Positions 25,481 through 32,000 of a stretch of 32,000 bases of DNA are shown piece by piece. Numbering within the stretch: position 1 is the first letter of the stretch; the number at the start of each line of letters is the position of its first letter. The position numbers were made by a program, and so were the translations under genes. This DNA comes from Candidatus Thorarchaeota archaeon (GTDB lineage Archaea > Asgardarchaeota > Heimdallarchaeia > Hodarchaeales > Hodarchaeaceae). Location: NCBI GenBank assembly GCA_048882505.1, contig JBHLRO010000008.1, positions 30,001-62,000 of the forward strand, written 5' to 3'. Below the pieces are notes generated by a model. That model searched no databases and was not told where the DNA came from. It saw nothing but the letters and a program-made list of their open reading frames with translations.

Positions 25481-25651
25481 TCATTGCATTACAGAGAGTA
25501 CCTTATTGCGTACTTCCTCTGAAACCTCATTCATGCCGTGAGCTTCCTTTGCATGCGCAGCAACTTTCATCAGTACTTCCTCTTCAGTATTTCCTTCCAC
25601 TACTCCATCACAATCAAATCCTAAATCTCTACATTGTACTTTTTTGCCCAT
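25481..25651 (-). CDS. DUF1059-family small metal-binding protein (56 aa; below the ORF-track cutoff)
   Basis: Translated by hand: MGKKVQCRDLGFDCDGVVEGNTEEEVLMKVAAHAKEAHG...VLSVMQ. The CxDxGxxC...HxxxxH pattern is characteristic. A GAGGTG ribosome-binding site lies at 25663-25658 and a minus-strand T-rich terminator at about 25440-25475. Confidence 0.9.
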   Translation of the reverse strand: MGKKVQCRDLGFDCDGVVEGNTEEEVLMKVAAHAKEAHGMNEVSEEVRNKVLSVMQ

Positions 25652-26141
25652 AAGTCACACCTCATCTTCCTGTTCTTTCTTTGGACCTTAATGGCCCGCT
25701 ATAGCGTTGGCTAACGATGATGGGCATTTTTAAGATTATTTGCTCAAAAAACGTATCTGAATCTTCACGGGGCATTCGATTTCTCTCTTTTCCAATGGCA
25801 AATGCTATAATCATTAACAAGCCAAAACAAAGTTTTCTATTAAATCCAAGGATCTTAAATGAGTCTAAACGTCGCAACAACAACGTTTATCCCTGATTTT
25901 CTTATTACTCATTTCTGAGTAGATCCACCATCCTTAAGTAATCTCACCTATTAAAGACATTCTGATCCTTGTATCCCAAATATTGGGCCAAGGAAAGAAT
26001 AGCGGTACTAGTATTAGGTAAACAGAGAATAAACAACGCTTAATGAACGATTATATCATTGAAACATGTAACTCATTAACCATCGCATCAAATATTGAAT
26101 TAATAATATATGTTGAATTCAGAAGGACAGAAGGAAAAAAC

Positions 26142-27218
26142 ATGCTTGAAAACAGATCGAGAACCACACTTAATCTTCATAAAATCGGCCCCTTGTTTAT
26201 CATGATGGCGGCATTTTTGTGGACACTAGATGCCTTTTTTCGAACGTTTTTGGTGGGAGCCATTGGATTCATCTCAATCCAGATAGTCGGGATTGAACAT
26301 ATAATCATAGTATTAGTTCTATTTCCCTGGTTGTTTCGTTATTTGGCTCGATTAAGGGAGTTTAATAAAAAGGAATGGGGTGCTCTATTGTTCATTGGCA
26401 TTGGAGGATCTGCATTAGCAACCATAGCATTAACAGAGGCCTTTGCTTTAGCTTTTAATCCTACGCATCCGTTATCTGTAACTATGGTGGTATTATTGCA
26501 GCAAACCCAACCTTTTATTGCCATTGGATTGGCTAGTCTAATATTGAATGAGAGACTACCAAAAGAATATTTCATTCTTGGTTTTATTGCGATATTTGGG
26601 GTTTTCCTGATATTCTTCCCAACTTTGACGAATTATACAGAGGATCTGACTCAACTGTTCGTTATAGCAGATATCGACTTCTTGGCCGCGAATACCTTGG
26701 GAATCTTAGCCCTTATTGCTGCGTTTTTTTGGGGTGGTAGTACCGTTTTTGGACGGTATTTGCTTGAACACACCGATAAACGCTTGGAATATCAGGCCAT
26801 GACCACCTATCGTTTCTTCATTGCGTTTGTCTTCCTCATAACTTTAAACATGATCCTATTATTAACTGGTACAACTTTTCCCAATACCAACCTTATTCTC
26901 CAAAACCTGCTCGGAATAACCTGGGCATTTCTTTTTATTGCCTTGATAGTCGGCCTCCTTTCCTTAGGATTATATTATTACGGCTTAAAAAATACTCACG
27001 CTACGGTTTCTACTATTTGTGAACTATTTTACCCTCTATCAGCATTTGTTCTATTACCTATTTTGCTGAGTGAAACCCTTTTCTTTAGCCAAATTGTTGG
27101 TGGACTCGTCCTTGTTCTAGCTTCAGCTATCCTTTCATATCGATATTCAAAGTTTGTTGGCGTTGAGGAATCGAAGGCTGATCAAGTTTCTGGCCTTGAA
27201 AGCTATATTACATCTTGA
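26142..27218 (+). CDS. DMT/EamA-family transporter
   Basis: About 10 TM helices in two EamA halves (LLQQTQPFIAIGLASLILNERL, GGSTVFGRYLL, STICELFYPL). The start is probably ATG 26142 rather than 26043. Confidence 0.88.
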   Translation: MLENRSRTTLNLHKIGPLFIMMAAFLWTLDAFFRTFLVGAIGFISIQIVGIEHIIIVLVLFPWLFRYLARLREFNKKEWGALLFIGIGGSALATIALTEAFALAFNPTHPLSVTMVVLLQQTQPFIAIGLASLILNERLPKEYFILGFIAIFGVFLIFFPTLTNYTEDLTQLFVIADIDFLAANTLGILALIAAFFWGGSTVFGRYLLEHTDKRLEYQAMTTYRFFIAFVFLITLNMILLLTGTTFPNTNLILQNLLGITWAFLFIALIVGLLSLGLYYYGLKNTHATVSTICELFYPLSAFVLLPILLSETLFFSQIVGGLVLVLASAILSYRYSKFVGVEESKADQVSGLESYITS

Positions 27219-27257
27219 ACGAATCCCAGAGTTTAAATCCCCGTTTTTCTCTATAAC

Positions 27258-27797
27258 TTAATGAGGAAAGTTTTTTTCGCCTGCTTCGATTCTTACATTA
27301 AGTCGATTCTCTCGTGGAGTGAGTGGACACGAATATTCTGGGGCATAAACACAGGTTGGGTTATAAGCGAGATTGAAATCCAATGTAAAAGTGCCATTTC
27401 GCTGTTTTTCGAGTTCTACATATCTTCCTGAACCGTAGGTTTCCTCAGTAAGAGCGGTTTCATCCCAGAATGGGACGAAGAAATAGTTAGATCCTACCTC
27501 TGGATTAGTGTATACGATTAACTCTTGTTCTTGACCTTCAATGATGAATTTCACACTTCCAAAGACATTATAATAAACTACATCGCCTCCTGTCCTCCGC
27601 ATAGGATAAACGTCCTTGGGGTTTTGAAATTCGGTTAGGTTAACGTCATTAAAGCACAGGTTTTCATCAATCTTGAAATACTCAAGGCCTTTGAATCGCG
27701 TTTTAACCTCCCCTGGTATTGGACTATCAGGATGAGACCTAAAGTATTCGTCCTTTTGATTTCGAAACTGTATTATTCTTTTTAGATATTCCGACAT
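27258..27797 (-). CDS. DUF1684 domain-containing protein
   Basis: FR..KDEYFRSHPDSPIP, FKGLEYF, FVPFWDET...ETYGSGRY, LDFNLAYNPTCVY.PEYSCPLTP.ENRL...IEAGEK. The start is probably MSEY (27797); the track start is 27812. Confidence 0.92.
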   Translation of the reverse strand: MSEYLKRIIQFRNQKDEYFRSHPDSPIPGEVKTRFKGLEYFKIDENLCFNDVNLTEFQNPKDVYPMRRTGGDVVYYNVFGSVKFIIEGQEQELIVYTNPEVGSNYFFVPFWDETALTEETYGSGRYVELEKQRNGTFTLDFNLAYNPTCVYAPEYSCPLTPRENRLNVRIEAGEKNFPH

Positions 27798-27845
27798 TAT
27801 AAATCCAAACATTAACAGTCAAATTTGATTAAAAAGGAAATAATA

Positions 27846-28202
27846 TTATTCGTTATACTCTAGATTCTCTGGTAAACGATTATCCTTATTATTTGGTTTT
27901 GGTATATTGCTATTCACATTTTGTTTAGCTGAATCTTGTTTATTTCCGGTAGATGAGGGTAACAGTCCCCAAATGTCCAACGCTATAATTAAGGCAACGA
28001 TCAAACCGATCCATGGAATATCATCCATGAAAGATTGCCATAAGTCGTCGCCTTGCATTAAGATTCTAAGGATAACGCTAGATAGCGATGCCGTTCCCGT
28101 GATTACTGCAACAATAGTTATGCCACTTAAGAAGCGTTTCGTTCTCGATTGAGTGTAAAAACTTCTGAACCGGATTCTATATTCGCTAACAAGTTTGAAC
28201 AT
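27846..28202 (-). CDS. Small hypothetical membrane protein (2 TM, polar tail)
   Basis: 118-aa ORF with ATG start, two hydrophobic segments and an N/K/Q-rich tail. Confidence 0.6.
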   Translation of the reverse strand: MFKLVSEYRIRFRSFYTQSRTKRFLSGITIVAVITGTASLSSVILRILMQGDDLWQSFMDDIPWIGLIVALIIALDIWGLLPSSTGNKQDSAKQNVNSNIPKPNNKDNRLPENLEYNE

Positions 28203-28450
28203 TGGCTACACCCTGATTACTTTATTAAACCAGAGCAGGGGCGAAATTTAAAAAATTTCCTAATCGATCCCTCTAAAATTACGTTTTTGCATATAAACGT
28301 TTGAATTAGAAAACTGTAGAACATAGTTCCTAAGATTCTCTGCGAATTATGAACTTTTTGTTCGATCCAAGAGTAGATTCGAATGGTTTTTGAAGGCCTT
28401 CCTTTCATTGGTTTTCGGATTAAAACTTATGTTACTGGAAGCTGGCCATC

Positions 28451-29077
28451 ATGCTAAACTATTTTAACGTAAGTTTGTTTATCGGCATAAACATCATTCT
28501 CTACGCAATCGTACACATTCCATTGGATTATAAAACCTACGTTTCCAAGATAGCGGCAAAACATCCTGAAAAGAGTCCTCCTCATTGGAAAAATAATATC
28601 AACATGTTTTTAGTTCTTTTCTCATCGTTTTTCCTCTGGATATTGTTTCTTGTAATCCCCTTTACAGGAGCTATCGGCATGGAGGTTTTCTATCTCTTCC
28701 CAATTATTCCAATTGACGATTGGTCCTTGACTATTCAAATGATGGGCCTGGTTATGATATCATTTGCCACTCTTATTGCATGCTGGGGTCGAATATCAAG
28801 ACAATTACGAGCCATTTCGTGGGGAATTCCCTTGAGACTGGAAACTCAGGGCATGTTTAAGTTTATTCGTCATCCGCTGTATGCTTCGTACTGTTACTAC
28901 TTCCTAGGATTTTTGTTCCTGTTTCAATCATACTTTGTGCTCCCTCTTCTCCTTGGAATCCCTGGATACTATATGATGTCTGGTTATGAGGACCAACTGT
29001 TAGAAACACAATTTGGAGAGGAGTTCAGATCATATCGCGATAGAACGGGCAGATTCTTCCCCAAATTGATGCCATGA
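28451..29077 (+). CDS. Isoprenylcysteine carboxyl methyltransferase (ICMT/Ste14/PEMT)-family membrane protein
   Basis: Multi-TM protein with L.T.G.FKFIRHPLYASY and E...L...FGEEF..Y..RTGRFFP. Confidence 0.88.
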   Translation: MLNYFNVSLFIGINIILYAIVHIPLDYKTYVSKIAAKHPEKSPPHWKNNINMFLVLFSSFFLWILFLVIPFTGAIGMEVFYLFPIIPIDDWSLTIQMMGLVMISFATLIACWGRISRQLRAISWGIPLRLETQGMFKFIRHPLYASYCYYFLGFLFLFQSYFVLPLLLGIPGYYMMSGYEDQLLETQFGEEFRSYRDRTGRFFPKLMP

Positions 29078-29187
29078 AGGGGAAATTAGAAAATAGGATA
29101 GCTGAACCTCTATACATTTAAACCGGTTTTCGATTTATTTAAACTGGATATCACATTATTAGACGAATTACTAGTATCAGAGCTCGT

Positions 29188-30096
29188 TCAGGTTTTTCTT
29201 TTCTTGAAGTCCTTTCGAGTCTCATTTTTTTCCACAGAATTAACGGGAATTAAACAAGCTTTACCGTTTCGGGCCTCTATCCTAACATAGTTTCCTATAC
29301 CAGTTTCTCGTCTTATATTCTCGGGAATCCTCATATTTCCATCGTCATCAACAAAAGTAAGTTCTTCGCGCTCGCCATCGGGAGTTTCTGGGCCTAAAAT
29401 GCCTTGTACTCCAATGATTCTTCCGTCTTTAATCCTTAAAACCTTATCGGTCATCCTAGCAAACCGGAGGTCATGCGTGACAACAAGGAAAGTTTTACCT
29501 AGTGAATAATTCAGTTCCTTGAAATAATCTATTATATTTAAGGTAGTCGCGCTATCCAACTCACCTGTAGGTTCATCAGCTAATAGGATTTCAGGATCGT
29601 TGGCCAGAGCAACTGCAATTCCTGCTCTTTGAGCTTCACCACCCGAGAGTTGGGAAGGTTTATGCTTTATCCTGTTTTTAAGACCGACATCTTCAAGGAG
29701 TTGCTTCGCTCGTATCTTTTTTTCAGTTCCAGACAAATTCCCGGCAAGTTTCATGGGTATAATGACGTTCTTTAGGATGGTAAGATTCCACATTAGGTTT
29801 CGCCTTGGAAACTGATACAAGAAACCAACGCTTTCTCGGCGAAAACGGTTCAATTGTCTTCTTGTCATGGATGTAATGACATTTTCCCCAACAGTTATTT
29901 CGCCTGAGGAAGCGGGTTCAAGCCCACCAAGCATTTTGATCAATGTCGATTTTCCCGATCCACTGGGCCCCACTATTGCTATAAGTTCTCCCTCATTTCC
30001 TGAGAGTTCAATACCACGTAAAGCTGCTACTTGAACTTCACTGTTTAATCCAGTGTAGATTTTTATAACGTCTTTACACTCAAGAAACGCCATCAT
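29188..30096 (-). CDS. ABC transporter ATP-binding protein (LolD/MacB-type) with C-terminal AbrB-like extension
   Basis: Walker A GPSGSGKST, LSGGEAQR, ILLADEPTGELD, VVTHD. The tail DDDGNMRIPENIRRETGIG resembles AbrB/SpoVT. An ATGA overlap with the upstream permease stop suggests translational coupling. Confidence 0.93.
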   Translation of the reverse strand: MMAFLECKDVIKIYTGLNSEVQVAALRGIELSGNEGELIAIVGPSGSGKSTLIKMLGGLEPASSGEITVGENVITSMTRRQLNRFRRESVGFLYQFPRRNLMWNLTILKNVIIPMKLAGNLSGTEKKIRAKQLLEDVGLKNRIKHKPSQLSGGEAQRAGIAVALANDPEILLADEPTGELDSATTLNIIDYFKELNYSLGKTFLVVTHDLRFARMTDKVLRIKDGRIIGVQGILGPETPDGEREELTFVDDDGNMRIPENIRRETGIGNYVRIEARNGKACLIPVNSVEKNETRKDFKKRKT

Positions 30097-32000
30097 TCGA
30101 CCTTCAGCAACCGACTAATGTCTGTCTGGGAGATAAAGATGATTGGAATAAGACTACTTCCACTAGAAACCAGGAAAACCGCAAGGATAATCGGAAGAAT
30201 CGGGGTAGGGAAAGTGATGACAAAAGGTGTCGTTAATGCCTGAATCTGAACCACCTGAAAAAAGATTGAAGTAAAGAAAAAACCAGAAATAACCCCGAGA
30301 AGTGTTCCGAAAACAATAATGGTGGATGATTCTAGCAGGAGTAGTTGCCACGACTGAATTCGAGTGAGTCCTAAAGCTCTTTCAACAGCCATCTCCCTTC
30401 CACGCTCAAGATAGATAAACAATGCGAACATAATCATACTTGCAATTGAAATAGTGACACTGAAAATAAGAGCAGAATTGAGAACAGCAAGATTAAAGCG
30501 GTGGTTGAAAGAATCCAAGTATTCATTATACTCCAACCACGGAACCTTTATAGAAGTAGAAGTTAGATTCTCCACTGACTCCGTTACTGTTCCAATGTTT
30601 GGTTCGAAATCAACATTTATCAGACACCTTGAACCAATCGAGCCCGGAATTATGATACTACGAGAAAGTAAACTGGAGAACAGGTTAATCGAACCGATCA
30701 GATATACGTTTGATTTAAAGTCGGTTACTGTCTCAAGATTGATGGATGGCCAATAGTTGAACGTTCCTACAAGCCGAAAAGGGCTTAGAACATTATACCT
30801 GTAATACGATGAATAAAGACTTGGTTGTAATAACCATCCAATTCTTAGCTGAAGTTCACTTAAATTCTTACTGAGGATCAAGACTGACGAATTGCCTTCT
30901 TCCAAAGCTTTAAAGGCGTTCTTTACTGAGGTGCTCAATCCGAATTCTGGAAAGCTTATTATTGTCTCAGGATAAGATTTTGGATCGACGAATAGGAAAT
31001 GGTACGTCACATCAGACTGTGATCCCAGTATACGTCGAGATTCAGCCCTTGCAGTATATTCTACCGTTGCTTGTGAAACATGAGACGAATTTCTGAGTTT
31101 CTCTATCAGAAAGGGATCTTCTGAGCCGTCCAGCGAAAAAGAAATATCCGCTCCTGACGAGAAATACAAACGTAAATTCTCAGAGTGATCCAAGCTGACG
31201 ATCAGCGCAGAAGAGACAACTGAAAAGGCGATGGCTAGAGTAAAAACAAGTGCGGCACGGCTGGCTCGGTGTTTATACCGCCTAACGTTGCTTAGAGCAT
31301 AGAATAAAACATCCCGCTCATACCGCCAGGCCATTTTTGCGGCCTTTTTTATGGAGTAATAGAATATTCTTGCTGTAATCGTTACAAAGCCGATAAAAAT
31401 GAGGAAAGGAGCAATAATGAAAAAAATCTGCACTAGATTCATCACTGAGGGCGTTCGTTCCGCACTAGTTAATCCGTTGACAAAAGAGATCACACCGATC
31501 CATAACACGATCCCCAGTATGAAAACAAACATGTCTAAGTAATATCTTTTCCAGAATGGAGCCTGAATTTCGATTGGAACCGTAGTTTCTTCAATGTCCT
31601 GGCGACTCATTTTGATGATTCGGAGGATGTTTACAGCAAGAGCTAGTAAAACACCTAGAAGGATTAAATTTTGCAGCGTTCCAATAGACGTTCTAACGTC
31701 TTTCGATTGACCTAGAAATTCCAAGAAAGCTGTGGATCGTAAGACCAGGGATGTTAAAAAAACGCTAAGTACAAAACTTAAAGTTATAGCAACCATTGTT
31801 GAGACCAGCATCTCCCCGAACAAAATTCCTAAGACCTGCCGTCGACTTCCTCCCCGTGTCTTCAATATGGCTATTTGGTTTTGTTTCTGACGTCCAATCA
31901 ATCCAAAGGCGTATACCATCAAGTAAAGCGAGATCCCCAAGAGTGGTGCTCCCAATAATAAAAGCTCTAAAACCAGTTCTGAACTCCTTCTCTCATATGC
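30093..32000 (-). CDS. ABC transporter permease, FtsX/MacB-like (5'-truncated by window edge)
   Basis: The frame is open to the window edge. It has QIAILKTRGGSRRQVLGILFGE and ER.REMAVERALGLTRIQSWQLLLLES FtsX motifs and a large extracytoplasmic loop. Confidence 0.9.
   Translation of the reverse strand, partial: AYERRSSELVLELLLLGAPLLGISLYLMVYAFGLIGRQKQNQIAILKTRGGSRRQVLGILFGEMLVSTMVAITLSFVLSVFLTSLVLRSTAFLEFLGQSKDVRTSIGTLQNLILLGVLLALAVNILRIIKMSRQDIEETTVPIEIQAPFWKRYYLDMFVFILGIVLWIGVISFVNGLTSAERTPSVMNLVQIFFIIAPFLIFIGFVTITARIFYYSIKKAAKMAWRYERDVLFYALSNVRRYKHRASRAALVFTLAIAFSVVSSALIVSLDHSENLRLYFSSGADISFSLDGSEDPFLIEKLRNSSHVSQATVEYTARAESRRILGSQSDVTYHFLFVDPKSYPETIISFPEFGLSTSVKNAFKALEEGNSSVLILSKNLSELQLRIGWLLQPSLYSSYYRYNVLSPFRLVGTFNYWPSINLETVTDFKSNVYLIGSINLFSSLLSRSIIIPGSIGSRCLINVDFEPNIGTVTESVENLTSTSIKVPWLEYNEYLDSFNHRFNLAVLNSALIFSVTISIASMIMFALFIYLERGREMAVERALGLTRIQSWQLLLLESSTIIVFGTLLGVISGFFFTSIFFQVVQIQALTTPFVITFPTPILPIILAVFLVSSGSSLIPIIFISQTDISRLLKVE

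Noticed and set aside
25662-25883. 73-aa minus-strand ORF upstream of the DUF1059 gene
   Set aside because: No motif, and it ends on top of the DUF1059 RBS; probably promoter or UTR sequence.
28451-29077. ICMT-family gene as evidence of eukaryote-like CAAX prenylation
   Set aside because: This family is widespread in prokaryotes with other substrates, and no prenyltransferase or CAAX substrate is visible here.
22842-30756. Nested ORFs 22842-23066, 26339-26575, 27907-28152, 28217-28408, 30163-30351 and 30454-30756
   Set aside because: They are shadows of better-supported genes, or a short intergenic ORF with no coding signal.
1-32000. CRISPR array, tRNA or rRNA genes
   Set aside because: I saw no regularly spaced direct repeats and no cloverleaf or rRNA-like sequence in the intergenic regions. 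A covariance-model scan would be needed to exclude ncRNAs fully.

Overview
About 32 kb of archaeal-looking chromosome, most likely from an Asgard archaeon of the Heimdallarchaeia/Hodarchaeales type. That assignment is an inference from GAGGTG/GGAGG ribosome-binding sites, a crenarchaeal-type SSB, a PGF-CTERM-like tail and a longin/uDENN-like domain. Most genes are ordinary metabolism or transport: FAD oxidoreductase, acyl-CoA dehydrogenase, PIG-L deacetylase, YyaL, PaaI thioesterase, S9 peptidase, alpha/beta hydrolase, DMT transporter, DUF1684, ICMT-family methyltransferase and a LolD/FtsX-type ABC system. The main feature is a 4103-aa single-pass membrane protein (8567-20878, minus strand). 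It has a signal peptide, three DUF2341+LamG-like head modules and about 22 cadherin-like repeats arranged in a period-3 super-repeat. After one TM helix comes a cytoplasmic uDENN/longin-like domain resembling FLCN/SMCR8, with an 'ARG' motif at the putative arginine-finger position, so it is a candidate adhesion receptor coupled to small-GTPase regulation. Also found: a frameshifted FG-GAP/PGF-CTERM surface-protein remnant, an SSB with an SYG-rich low-complexity tail, a small DUF1059 gene missing from the ORF track, several intergenic dyads, and an unexplained 1.4 kb intergenic region. I saw no tRNA, rRNA, CRISPR array or intact mobile element. All family assignments come from motif recognition by eye, not database searches.
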